Positions 20,413 through 30,759 of a DNA stretch of 56,626 bases are shown one piece after another (the first letter of the stretch is position 1; every line of letters starts with the position of its first letter). Both the position numbers and the translations under genes were made by a program. Under the pieces are notes generated by a model. It saw nothing but the letters and a program-made list of their open reading frames with translations. It ran no database searches and had not been told where the DNA came from. Origin of the DNA: Chloroflexota bacterium (lineage in GTDB: Bacteria; Chloroflexota; Dehalococcoidia; SM23-28-2; RBG-16-64-32). The DNA is taken from NCBI GenBank assembly GCA_005882985.1, contig VBEJ01000038.1, positions 1 to 56,626 on the forward strand, written 5' to 3'.

Positions 20413-21804
20413 ATGCCGCATTTGTCACGGCGCTATCGGTGGCTCGTTGCTGCCGCCATTTTCTCAGGCTTGATTCTTACCTTGGCCTGCGGCGACGACG
20501 AGAAGGAGACGGGTGGAGGCTCGGCGGCAACATCGCCAGCCCAGAGCGCTCCCCTAAAAATAGGCGGGCTGATGTCGTTCACGGGCGACCTCTCCAAGTT
20601 TGGGCAACCCATTTTCAACGGCGCGGAACTCGCCGTCAGCGAGATCAATGAATCTGGAGGCGTGCTTGGCAATCCTGTTCAGCTCGTGCAAGCCGACGAC
20701 GGCACATCGCCGCAACTGGGTGTAAACGAAGCGCGCCGGCTCGTCGATGTGGAGAAGGTGCAGGCGATCATCGGTGGCCTCAGCAGCGGCGTCTCCCTTC
20801 AGGTTGCGGAGACTGTCACTGGGCCCGACTCCATCTTACAGATCTCGCCCGCGTCGACTTCGCCAGGCCTTACCGATGCGAATGATAAGGACTTTCTTTT
20901 CAGAACGACTATCTCGGACGCTGCTCAGGGTCTCGTCCTCGCTCAACTGGCAAACGATTCGGCGATCACAGAAGTGTGCACCATGTACATCAACAACGCC
21001 TACGGTAAGGGGCTCAGCAATGCGTTCACGACCGAATTCCAAGCGCTCGGCGGAACCGTAACAGACCAAGTCCCGCACGAATCGGCGCAGGCGACATACG
21101 CTAGTGAGCTGGACCGCTGTCAGGGCGCACAGGCGCTGGCGGCAATCGCCTACCCGGAGAGCGCCGGCGTCTTCTTGCGGGAAGCGATTGAGAAATCGAC
21201 GACGGACGAATTCTTGTTCGTGGACGGCACGAAGTCCGACAAGATGCTCGACCAACTGGGCTGGGACAACTTCGATGGAGTTAAGGGAACCTCGCCCGGG
21301 AATCTCCCGACCCAATCCTCAGGCAGTTTCGCGGACCGTTACAAAGCCAAGTATGGTCCGCTGCCGGCACTACCTTACATCAAGGAAGCATACGACGCCG
21401 TTTACCTCATCGCCCTCTCGGCCGAGGCCGCTGGCAGCACCGACCCGACGGCGATGCGCAATAAACTACGTGGTGTGGCGAACGCTCCCGGCAAGCAGTT
21501 CGGGCCCGGCAGCGCCAACTTCAAAGACGCGGTGGCAGCGCTCAAGAAAGGCGATGACATCGACTATGAGGGTGTCGTGGGGCCCTTCGAGTTCGATGAC
21601 AAAGGTGACCCGCAAATAGGCGCAATCGAGTGGTTCCATGTGGATGCAGCCGATAAAAAACTGGTTACTGACAAGGTATTCCGTGTGCACATCGTGAAGA
21701 AGGAAGTTACAGATATCACCGAAGTAGCACTCGCGACCCCCACCCCGGCAGTTGGCGGCGGAGAGAGCCCGAGTTCGACGTCGACGGGATCCTCCTCGTA
21801 CTAG
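20413..21804 (+). CDS. Branched-chain amino acid-type ABC substrate-binding lipoprotein
   Basis: LTLAC lipobox, LKIG..FTGDL, EINESGGVLG, SPASTSP, FRT..SDA.QG, YDAVY. Confidence 0.9.
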   Translation: MPHLSRRYRWLVAAAIFSGLILTLACGDDEKETGGGSAATSPAQSAPLKIGGLMSFTGDLSKFGQPIFNGAELAVSEINESGGVLGNPVQLVQADDGTSPQLGVNEARRLVDVEKVQAIIGGLSSGVSLQVAETVTGPDSILQISPASTSPGLTDANDKDFLFRTTISDAAQGLVLAQLANDSAITEVCTMYINNAYGKGLSNAFTTEFQALGGTVTDQVPHESAQATYASELDRCQGAQALAAIAYPESAGVFLREAIEKSTTDEFLFVDGTKSDKMLDQLGWDNFDGVKGTSPGNLPTQSSGSFADRYKAKYGPLPALPYIKEAYDAVYLIALSAEAAGSTDPTAMRNKLRGVANAPGKQFGPGSANFKDAVAALKKGDDIDYEGVVGPFEFDDKGDPQIGAIEWFHVDAADKKLVTDKVFRVHIVKKEVTDITEVALATPTPAVGGGESPSSTSTGSSSY

Positions 21805-21840
21805 TGCGTGAGATAAGGGGAGCTCCCTAGCTCGGCGGTG

Positions 21841-23022
21841 TTATCGGTTACTGGACGCACCTTCGGTTGGTGAACCGGCGGGTGCGGCTGGCCTTCGCCT
21901 TAACTGCCGCTCTACCCAGATTGATACCTGCCGCCTTTGGGGGAGCAATCCGGCGGGCCGGAGGAGAAGCACCGCCACTATCAGTCCACCGAGGACGAGC
22001 TCGCGAATGTACGGCATGCGGGTCTGGAGTAGGTCCGGCAAGTCGTAACTCTGAAACTGAAGAGTGATCGTCCAGAAGCCCCAAAGCACATAGGCACCGA
22101 CGATCGCGCCCCGATTATTGCCGCTTCCCCCAAGAATGAGCATCGCCCAGAAAAGGAACGTGGCAAAGAAGTGAGTGAAGACCTCCGGGGTGAGCGAGCT
22201 GCTCGCGTAGGCGTAAATCGCCCCTCCGGCGCCCATGATCGCGGCGCCCATCACGAAGCTCTGCATCTTGAAGGCGAAGACATTTTTGCCGCTCGCCTCC
22301 GTTGCCATCTCATCCTCGCGCAGGGCCATGAGCACGCGCCCCCACGGCGAGCGAATCGCACGCTCGATCAAGAAGTAGGTGAGGACGAGAAAGCCGCCGC
22401 AAATCGCGAGCAGGAGATACTTGTAGTCAGTGGAACCGACCAGGCCCCCCAGTGGTCTGGGAATGCCGGTTAGGCCCCGCGTCCCGTTGACGAGCCACGT
22501 CTCTTCGATAACCACGCGTCTCAGGACTTCAGCCACGCCGATCGTCGCGATCGCGAGGTAATCATCACGCAGGCGGAGCGCTGTAACGGAAAGCAGCAGG
22601 GCGACAAGCCCCGCCACTCCGGCAGCGGCAGCGAGACCGACCAGGTGAGGCAACCACTGCTCGCTGCTGAGCCAAGGCAGCAGGTTCAGGTCGCCGCCGA
22701 AGCCGCCGATGTAGTCGGTGAAGCTACCGCTTGCCGGCTCCTTCGTGACGATAGCTGCGGTGTATGCGCCAAGCATGAAGAAGCCCAGCACGCCGAAATT
22801 GAAGACGCCGCTGTAACCCCACTGGACGTTCAGACCAAGGGTAAATATCGCGTATATTGCGACGAACGTCAGGAAAGAGACAAGGAAGCTGATCACCCCG
22901 CTGGTGTCGCCGTTAGACCGCTCGAACGGGATCGCGATCAGGAGAGCCGTCACCAGGGCAACGGTTGCAGGAGCGATGAAGGAGCTTGGTTTCGCGCGGA
23001 AACGCGGCATGGCGAATCTCAC
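21841..23022 (-). CDS. livM: Branched-chain amino acid ABC permease (LivM-like)
   Basis: GLNVQWGYSG, LRLRDDYLAIAT, SPWGR..ALREDE, GGSGN. Confidence 0.88.
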   Translation of the reverse strand: MRFAMPRFRAKPSSFIAPATVALVTALLIAIPFERSNGDTSGVISFLVSFLTFVAIYAIFTLGLNVQWGYSGVFNFGVLGFFMLGAYTAAIVTKEPASGSFTDYIGGFGGDLNLLPWLSSEQWLPHLVGLAAAAGVAGLVALLLSVTALRLRDDYLAIATIGVAEVLRRVVIEETWLVNGTRGLTGIPRPLGGLVGSTDYKYLLLAICGGFLVLTYFLIERAIRSPWGRVLMALREDEMATEASGKNVFAFKMQSFVMGAAIMGAGGAIYAYASSSLTPEVFTHFFATFLFWAMLILGGSGNNRGAIVGAYVLWGFWTITLQFQSYDLPDLLQTRMPYIRELVLGGLIVAVLLLRPAGLLPQRRQVSIWVERQLRRRPAAPAGSPTEGASSNR

Positions 23023-24116
23023 AGCCGGGCTCCAAACAGACCGCGCGGACGAATGAGCAGAATAAGTATAAGAATGACAAAAGCCACGGAGAACTTATAG
23101 CCGGGGCTGAGGAAATCGAACGTAACAACAACAGCCTGAACAATGCCGACGATCATGCCGCCGAAGAAGGCGCCCTGCGGATTGCCGACGCCACCGAGAA
23201 TCGCCGCCGCGAACAGCGGCAGAAGAAGGACGAAGCCCAGCTGCGGGTCGAGCTGTGCCTGGAGGGCGAGCAAGACTCCTGCGACCGCGACTAACCCTCC
23301 GGCCAGTGCCCAGGTCAGCGCGATCACCAGTTCCGTCCTGATCCCGCTGATAAGCGCCAGCTCGGGGTTATCGGCCATCGCTCGCATCGCCTTGCCTAGC
23401 TTGGTCCGGAACAGCAGGATGTAAGCCAGGACTGTCACCGTAATGGCGGCTGCGAGGATAAAAAGCTGGTCGGCGAGGATCGTGATATCGAACGGCAAGT
23501 CGATATTCTCTCGCACCGTGGTCGTGTATTTCCGAGGGGTCGGTCCCCACACCATCAGCACGAGACTGCGGATCGCAATCGCTAGCCCCAGTGAGGCGAT
23601 CGAAAATATGACGATCCCACTCTTGCGCTGCCTCAGGCGCCGGTAGACAAGCCGGTCCAGAACCACCAGAATGCCTGAAGTGACCAGCGCCGAGAGGGCC
23701 ATCGCCACGAGTAATCCGTATCCGAAAGAGAACTTCCAGACTTCGGTCGTCGCTCCTGGAAGGTCAGAGACCGTAATGGGTAGGACCTCGGCATCGACGC
23801 CGGGCCGGCTGCCGGAAACGACGCCTGAGAGTAGCAAGAAAGCGCAATAGGCGGAGAGCATCATGCTGTCGCCGTGGGCGAAATGGGCGAACTTGAGGAC
23901 GCCGTAGACGAGTGTCAAGCCGACGGCGCCCAGCGCAAGAATGCTTCCCTCGACTACTCCGATGACGACCGCGTCTCGCCGGTCGATCACTGCCCATATG
24001 AGGAAAAGGAGGATCAAGAGAAGCAGTCCTCCGCCGCTCAGGAAATCATCGGTGGCGCGCCGCGCGTCAACGAAGCGGTCTCGCCAGGTCCTCGGCCTCG
24101 CTTCTACTATCGCCAA
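23019..24116 (-). CDS. livH: Branched-chain amino acid ABC permease (LivH-like)
   Basis: AVGLTLVYG...FAHG, TKLGKAMRA, FAAAILGG, RPRGLFG. Confidence 0.88.
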   Translation of the reverse strand: MAIVEARPRTWRDRFVDARRATDDFLSGGGLLLLILLFLIWAVIDRRDAVVIGVVEGSILALGAVGLTLVYGVLKFAHFAHGDSMMLSAYCAFLLLSGVVSGSRPGVDAEVLPITVSDLPGATTEVWKFSFGYGLLVAMALSALVTSGILVVLDRLVYRRLRQRKSGIVIFSIASLGLAIAIRSLVLMVWGPTPRKYTTTVRENIDLPFDITILADQLFILAAAITVTVLAYILLFRTKLGKAMRAMADNPELALISGIRTELVIALTWALAGGLVAVAGVLLALQAQLDPQLGFVLLLPLFAAAILGGVGNPQGAFFGGMIVGIVQAVVVTFDFLSPGYKFSVAFVILILILLIRPRGLFGARL

Positions 24117-24119
24117 TGC

Positions 24120-24839
24120 TCAGGCGCCCAGGTACAATCTGCCAACTTCTTCGTTATTCAGCAGGTTCGAGGCTTCACCCTCCAGACGGTTTCGGCCCAT
24201 CGCGAGTACGTAGCCGCGTCGGCAAAGGCTCAGCGCCTCGCGCGCATTCTGTTCGACGAGCAGCACGGCCGTTCCCGCCTTGTTGACGACGTTGATACGT
24301 TCGAAAATGGCGCTCACCAACTTGGGCGAAAGACCCGCCGAAGGCTCATCGAGGAGGAGTATCTTCGGGTCAAGCATCAGGCCCCTCGCAAGCGCCAGCA
24401 TCTGCCGCTGCCCGCCGGAGAGCTTGCCCGTGTTTTCGCCCTTGCGCTTCGCTAGATCGGGGAACAGGCGGAACACCTCGTCTATTCGTTCGCGGACCCC
24501 GTTTCGTCGAATGAACGCGCCCATCTCTAGGTTCTCCTGGATCGTCAGGCTGGGAAACACGTTTTCGACCTGCGGGACATACGAGAGACCATTTTGAACG
24601 AGGCGATCGGGAGGCTTGCCTGTGACGTCGGCACCCCCGAGCAATACAGCGCCGGATTGCACCGGCAGCAAGCCGAAGATGCCTTTGAGGAGAGTCGATT
24701 TCCCGGCTCCGTTGGGTCCAATCACCGCCACCATCTCGCCGCTGCACACCGAGACCGAGACGCCGTGAAGTATTTCTAGTTCGCCGTACCCAGTCACGAG
24801 CTCTCGCGTCTCCAGGACGACTGTGCTATCTACCGACAT
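24120..24839 (-). CDS. livF: Branched-chain amino acid ABC ATPase (LivF-like)
   Basis: GPNGAGKS, LSGGQRQM, LLDEPS, VEQNA. Confidence 0.9.
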   Translation of the reverse strand: MSVDSTVVLETRELVTGYGELEILHGVSVSVCSGEMVAVIGPNGAGKSTLLKGIFGLLPVQSGAVLLGGADVTGKPPDRLVQNGLSYVPQVENVFPSLTIQENLEMGAFIRRNGVRERIDEVFRLFPDLAKRKGENTGKLSGGQRQMLALARGLMLDPKILLLDEPSAGLSPKLVSAIFERINVVNKAGTAVLLVEQNAREALSLCRRGYVLAMGRNRLEGEASNLLNNEEVGRLYLGA

Positions 24840-24855
24840 CCGTCACCTGGCCGTC

Positions 24856-25641
<786 letters not shown>

Positions 25642-25727
25642 ACTCAGCGCGTCACGTCCTCGAACGCCAGTATACTAAGAGCCAATTTGGGCGTCTTTGG
25701 CACCCCTACCGCGGGGCCGTCTAGCTA

Positions 25728-26495
25728 ATGGACTGGCTGGAGGTGTTCGGGTTGCTGACCGCCGCAGCCCTGGGGGGCGCGGTCAATGCGGTGGCCGGCG
25801 GCGGTTCGCTGATTAGCTTTCCGGCTCTCCTCGCCGCCGGCTATCCGGCGAAGACAGCCAACGTGACGAACACCGTCGCCCTGTGGCCGGGCTATCTCGG
25901 CGGCTCGCTTGGTTATCGGGAGGAGCTACGATACCAGCGGTGTCGCATCGCGCGCCTCGTCGTCCCAAGCGTTCTCGGAGCTTTCGCGGGGTCCGCCATT
26001 CTTCTCGCGACTTCTGACGGCGCGTTCGAGTACATTGTCCCTTTTCTGATTATCTTCGCGACCGGGCTTACGGCATTCCAGCGCCGCCTTACGGAGCTAG
26101 CCGAGACGCATCGACTGGCCGCACGGAGCGCGGAGGACACGCCGGCGCTGCTCGTGGCGGCCGTTTTCCTCTTCGCTGTTTACGGCGCCTACTTCGGCGC
26201 GGGATTGAGCATCATGGTATTCGCGGTGCTCAGCGTGTTAGTGCCGGACGACTTGCAACGGCTTAACGCACTCAAGGGATTGCTCTCGCTAATCATCAAT
26301 GCGGTCGCTGTCATTTATTTCGCCGCGTTCGGTCCTGTGGAGTGGGGACCCGCGGCGGTGATGGCGGTCGGAGCTCTCGCCGGCGGCTACCTGGGCGCCG
26401 GACTTGCCCGCCGCCTCGGCCAGGAGAGGCTAAGGTCAGCAGTCGTGCTGTTTGGCGCGGCGATGGCGGTCGTCCTCTCCTTGCGGTTGTTGTAG
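25728..26495 (+). CDS. Sulfite exporter TauE/SafE family membrane protein
   Basis: NAVAGGGSLISFP, ANVTN, YGAYFGAG, LNALK. Confidence 0.88.
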   Translation: MDWLEVFGLLTAAALGGAVNAVAGGGSLISFPALLAAGYPAKTANVTNTVALWPGYLGGSLGYREELRYQRCRIARLVVPSVLGAFAGSAILLATSDGAFEYIVPFLIIFATGLTAFQRRLTELAETHRLAARSAEDTPALLVAAVFLFAVYGAYFGAGLSIMVFAVLSVLVPDDLQRLNALKGLLSLIINAVAVIYFAAFGPVEWGPAAVMAVGALAGGYLGAGLARRLGQERLRSAVVLFGAAMAVVLSLRLL

Positions 26496-26572
26496 GGCCG
26501 TCGGGAGAACCGTGCCCTGGTCGAATCTATCTTGCGATCTGAGAAGGATGCGGAGATATAATGTTCGCGCAC

Positions 26573-27571
26573 ATGAAGTACCGGACTCTCGGCGATACCT
26601 CGATCCAAGTATCGGCTGTCGGCTTCGGGCTGTGGACGATCAGCACCGGCTGGTGGGGCATTGAGGACGATCTGCGCGGCGTCGAGCTACTGAGGAGGGC
26701 TTTCGACTCCGGCGTCACGTTCTTCGATACGGCCGACGCGTACGGGCAGGGTAAAGGGGAAACGATTCTCGCAGACGCGCTCGGAGAAGTGCGCGATCGC
26801 ATCGTCATTGGGACCAAGTTCGGGTACGACTTCTATAACTATACGGGCGAACGGGACGGCCACAAGGAACTACCTCAGGATTTCTCGCCGAAGCACATCA
26901 CCTTCGCCGTTGAGCAAAGCTTGAGGCGCCTGCGTACGGATTACATCGACATCTACCAGATTCACAACCCGCGGATGTGGGCTGTCCGTAGCGATGAGCT
27001 TTTTGAGACGCTCGACAAGCTAAAGGCGGACGGTAAGATCCGCTGCTACGGCGCCGCGCTCGGCCCTGCTAACGGCTGGGAGGCTGAAGGGCTGGCGCTG
27101 CTGCGGGAGCGTGAGATCACGACTCTCCAGATCATCTACAACATGCTCGAGCAAGACCCGGGCCGCAGCCTTATCGCGGTTGCTGAAGACAACGGCGTGA
27201 GCGTGTTCGTGCGCGTGCCGCATTCGTCCGGGCTGCTGGAAGGAAGGTACACTCTCGAAACGACTTTCCCTGCGAGCGATCATCGCAGCCACCGGCCTCG
27301 CGAATGGCTCACCAAAGGGCTCCAGAAGCTCGAAAAGCTCGCGTTCTTGGCCGACGGCACAGGCAGAACGATCGGACAAGCGGCGATTCAGTTCGTGCTC
27401 GCTTCGCCCTCCGTCGCCTCCGTCCTGCCGAATATCTACGATGCGGAGCAACTCGCGGAGTTCGTCGCCGCCGCGGATACGGCTCCGCTAACGGAGGACG
27501 AGATGTCGTCCATCGCCGAGCTTTACGAACGAAACTTCGACCTGTCGACAGTGGTGGCCGCCCAAGGGTGA
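26573..27571 (+). CDS. Aldo/keto reductase
   Basis: MKYRTLG, FDTADAYG, GTKFG, SLRRLRTDYIDIYQIHNP. Confidence 0.92.
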   Translation: MKYRTLGDTSIQVSAVGFGLWTISTGWWGIEDDLRGVELLRRAFDSGVTFFDTADAYGQGKGETILADALGEVRDRIVIGTKFGYDFYNYTGERDGHKELPQDFSPKHITFAVEQSLRRLRTDYIDIYQIHNPRMWAVRSDELFETLDKLKADGKIRCYGAALGPANGWEAEGLALLREREITTLQIIYNMLEQDPGRSLIAVAEDNGVSVFVRVPHSSGLLEGRYTLETTFPASDHRSHRPREWLTKGLQKLEKLAFLADGTGRTIGQAAIQFVLASPSVASVLPNIYDAEQLAEFVAAADTAPLTEDEMSSIAELYERNFDLSTVVAAQG

Positions 27572-27599
27572 ACGGGAAGAATCGCCGGTTTGGCCGGCC

Positions 27600-28649
27600 A
27601 TGAGCGAAAGTCCGCAGGAGACCAAAGGCCGACGGCAGGTCGTGAAGTTCTCGTTCTATCACGTTGACCCCGCCTGGCGTGGGTTGCCCGAGGAGGAGCG
27701 AGAACGCGGCAAGCGAGCACTCGGGGACGTTGTGCGGGCGTTCTCTGACCGTGTACAAATCCGGAGCTACAGCCTCGTCGGCACGCGTGGAGACGCCGAT
27801 TTGCTGCTCTGGCAGATCTGTGACCGGCTTGATGATATTCATCAGCTTGCCGGCTTCATCAATGGCACGCCAATGGGTCCCTATCTGACGATGCCCTATT
27901 CGTACGTGGCGATGACGCGTCCTTCGGTCTATGTAGGTCGCAATGAGGCCCGAGCGGAACGAATGGTGCTGCATCCCCGAGATTCGAAGTACTTATTCGT
28001 CTATCCATTCGTGAAGACCCGCGAGTGGTACCGGCTGCCGCTTGACCACCGTCAGACGATGATGGACGAACACATCCGCATCGGCCGTAAATACCCCTCG
28101 GTCAAGTTGAATACGACATACTCGTTCGGTCTCGATGATCAGGAATTCGTCGTCTCATTCGAAACCGACGAACCGGCGGACTTCCTCGATCTCGTAATGG
28201 AGCTTCGCGAAGCCAGGACCAGCCTCTACACCCTGCGTGACACGCCCATTTTCAGCTGCCTCGCTATGGGCCTCGACGAGGCGCTGGATTCACTGGCCCG
28301 CGCGGGCGAGAATGGGAGCGTACCGGCGGCGAAAGTCACGTGGCAGAAAGTAGCTGACGCTTCGGACATCCCGCCAGGTTCCAGCCGAGTCGTGTACTAT
28401 GCGGGCGACCAAGTCGCGATATTCAACGTGAGTGGAGAGCTTCACGCCGTCAGCAATCGATGTCCACATGCCAACGGCGCGCTGGGCGACGGCGTTGCGG
28501 CGGATGGCTCGGTGACGTGTCCTTCCCACGGGTCTCGCTTCGACCTCGCCACTGGCCAGCCCCTCGAAGGCCCGGCAGCGCGTCCAGTGCGCACATATGG
28601 CCTTCGCGTCGAGCAGAACGGTGTATTATTGGGGCCGTCCAAGGGCTGA
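27600..28649 (+). CDS. ChdC(HemQ)/chlorite dismutase-family heme protein fused to a C-terminal Rieske [2Fe-2S] domain
   Basis: YSLVGTRGDAD, YPFVKTREWY, proximal EH, YSFGLDDQEF; then CPH...CPSH Rieske ligands in the same frame. Confidence 0.85.
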   Translation: MSESPQETKGRRQVVKFSFYHVDPAWRGLPEEERERGKRALGDVVRAFSDRVQIRSYSLVGTRGDADLLLWQICDRLDDIHQLAGFINGTPMGPYLTMPYSYVAMTRPSVYVGRNEARAERMVLHPRDSKYLFVYPFVKTREWYRLPLDHRQTMMDEHIRIGRKYPSVKLNTTYSFGLDDQEFVVSFETDEPADFLDLVMELREARTSLYTLRDTPIFSCLAMGLDEALDSLARAGENGSVPAAKVTWQKVADASDIPPGSSRVVYYAGDQVAIFNVSGELHAVSNRCPHANGALGDGVAADGSVTCPSHGSRFDLATGQPLEGPAARPVRTYGLRVEQNGVLLGPSKG

Positions 28650-28694
28650 ACCGCAGCCAACATAATCGCCTCCCAGCCCATCTACCTAAACGTA

Positions 28695-29885
28695 TTGCAG
28701 ATGAGACTTACGTTTGCGCCGATACTTGCCGCTCTGGCGGTTCTGCTTCTCTCGGCTTGCGGCGGCAGCGACGCAGAACCTGCAAGTTCGCCTACGTCCT
28801 CGCCGCGCCCTCTTCGACCTCTGACAGTCGAGATGAAGGTTGTCGAGACCCCCGCTCCGCCCGCTGCTGAGACGCCGCCACCGGAGGTGTTTGTCGAAGC
28901 GTACCACCACCACGAGGGGCCGCCTGCCATCGTCTCTTCCGAACCCGAGGCAGGACCAGCCGCTCCGGCTGCTCCTAATACCCCTCCCTTGCCGGACAGG
29001 CCAATCGCCGAACTCCTTCATCCACCTCCGTACACCATTTTCGTTGACGCCGGTCACGGCGCGCTCGACTCCGGGGCCGGAAACGGCGACCTCGCGGAGA
29101 AAGACGTCAACGTCGATGTCGCTACTCGCCTCGCGCCGCTTCTCGGCGCCTCCGGATACAACGTGTACTTGTCCCGCTGGGGCGACTACACGCTCACGCC
29201 GTTCCCGGCAAACACGTACGAGAACCGGCGCGATGAGATCCAGGCCCGCGTCGATGTGGCAAACAGTGTTCACGCGGACATACTGGTCTCGATCCATCAC
29301 AACGGCGGACCGAAGAGCGCGCGTGGCCTCGAGGTTTACTACAACCCGAACCGCTCCTTCGGCCAGTACAACTGGACGCTGGCGGACCTCACGCGCCAGG
29401 GTGTGGTGAACCACATACGAAGCGCCGGTTACGATGTGCCCGACCGCGGGGTCAAGAACGATGCTGGCGTTTGCTGCAACCCGGCCAACCCACACTCCTG
29501 GATCCTCGGAACTAACGATGGCTTCCGGCCGAGCACGATGCCCGGAATCATCGGCGAGGCGATGTTCGTTTCGAACGATTTCGAGGCGCAGCAGCTATGG
29601 CGGCCGGAAATGCGTCAAGCCATTGCCGAGGGCTACAAAGCCGGCGTCGACGCCTACTTCGGGTGGCTTTTGCCCCAAGTGCCGCCGCCTCCACCGCCAA
29701 CGCCGGAACCGACACCGCCGCCCACTCCTGCGCCGACGGCGGCCCCGACGGACACCCCTGCGCCGACTCCTCCACCTCCGTCTTCGACGCCCAGTCCAGC
29801 GCCATCAACCACTCCATCGCCGGCCGGCGGGACGTCGACACCGAGCGCGCGGCGCTTGCCCGGGCCCTCGCCCGGCTCGAACTAA
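28695..29885 (+). CDS. N-acetylmuramoyl-L-alanine amidase (Amidase_3) lipoprotein with Pro-rich linkers
   Basis: LSAC lipobox; DAGHG, AEKDVN, SIHHN and GEAMFVSN zinc/catalytic motifs. Confidence 0.88.
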   Translation: MQMRLTFAPILAALAVLLLSACGGSDAEPASSPTSSPRPLRPLTVEMKVVETPAPPAAETPPPEVFVEAYHHHEGPPAIVSSEPEAGPAAPAAPNTPPLPDRPIAELLHPPPYTIFVDAGHGALDSGAGNGDLAEKDVNVDVATRLAPLLGASGYNVYLSRWGDYTLTPFPANTYENRRDEIQARVDVANSVHADILVSIHHNGGPKSARGLEVYYNPNRSFGQYNWTLADLTRQGVVNHIRSAGYDVPDRGVKNDAGVCCNPANPHSWILGTNDGFRPSTMPGIIGEAMFVSNDFEAQQLWRPEMRQAIAEGYKAGVDAYFGWLLPQVPPPPPPTPEPTPPPTPAPTAAPTDTPAPTPPPPSSTPSPAPSTTPSPAGGTSTPSARRLPGPSPGSN

Positions 29886-30544
29886 CGCGCTGCTGCGACG
29901 GGGGACTTCTTAACCTTAAGAAGCGGCGTAACCTTCCCAAGGTCCGCGATAAACGCCGCCATGGCCGATTGGCGCGATTCGTCGTCCGGCGCTCGCAGAA
30001 TCGACGAGGGATGGACGGTCGCGATCACGTGCTGCGCGAGCGAGTTTTGGATCAGCTTTCCACGGTTCTTCATAATCGAGAAGCCCGGCCCGAGGAGTTG
30101 CTGGGCAGCGGTTGCTCCAAGTAGGACGATAACCGTCGGCCGGAGCAGCTGAATCTCCGCTTCCAGCCAGGGCTTGCACGCTGCCATTTGTCGTGCGTTC
30201 GGCTTCTTGTGAATGCGCTTCTTGCCTCGCGTCTCGCTCCAGTTAAAATGCTTCACCGCGTTGGTCACGTAGGCCTGCCTGCGGTCGATGCCTGCCTCCT
30301 GGAGCGCGCGGTCCAGAATCCGCCCCGCTGGGCCGACGAACGGCTTGCCTTCAATGTCTTCGGCGTCGCCCGGCTGCTCGCCGACAAGCATTACGCTCGC
30401 CTTCTCGTCGCCTTCGCCGAAAACTGTCTGAGTGGCGCGCGCCCAAAGATCGCACGCCTTGCAGTCCGCGGCGGCGAAGCGCAGCCGTTCTAATGTGGGT
30501 TCCTCGGGAATGAGCTCAGCCGCCGTGCCGGTTGTCTTTGCCAT
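29882..30544 (-). CDS. udgX: UdgX-family uracil-DNA binding protein (family 4 UDG-like)
   Basis: CKAC Fe-S ligands, GEQPG, TNAVKHF, R-loop RGKKRIH, HPSSILR. Confidence 0.9.
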   Translation of the reverse strand: MAKTTGTAAELIPEEPTLERLRFAAADCKACDLWARATQTVFGEGDEKASVMLVGEQPGDAEDIEGKPFVGPAGRILDRALQEAGIDRRQAYVTNAVKHFNWSETRGKKRIHKKPNARQMAACKPWLEAEIQLLRPTVIVLLGATAAQQLLGPGFSIMKNRGKLIQNSLAQHVIATVHPSSILRAPDDESRQSAMAAFIADLGKVTPLLKVKKSPVAAAR

Positions 30545-30584
30545 TCCACCACCTCCCTAGCCGCTATCTCTCGGTACTAACGCC

Positions 30585-30661
30585 TGGCGCCCCCGGCAGG
30601 ACTCGAACCCGCAACCTCCTGATCCGAAGTCAGGCGCTCTGTCCAATTGAGCTACAGGGGC
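30585..30661 (-). tRNA. tRNA-Arg (anticodon TCG)
   Basis: Full cloverleaf: GCCCCTG..CGGGGGC acceptor stem, CCTGA-CTTCGGA-TCAGG anticodon arm, GGTTCGAGTCC T arm, encoded CCA. Confidence 0.95.
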
Positions 30662-30759
30662 ATCTCCATTTCGAGTATAGCATCGCCCTAAGAGCGGTCG
30701 GGTTTCGCTTCGAAACGCGCGCCTCTATGCTCTAATCGAGGCTCGAACACGAGAGAACC

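Noticed and set aside
27600-28330. Chlorite dismutase / perchlorate respiration
   Set aside because: No distal Arg at the expected position, a ChdC-type YPFxK motif is present, and there are no pcr genes.
29680-29880. Repetitive CCG-rich DNA as a CRISPR or repeat array
   Set aside because: It encodes a Pro/Thr linker; there is no repeat-spacer structure and no cas genes.
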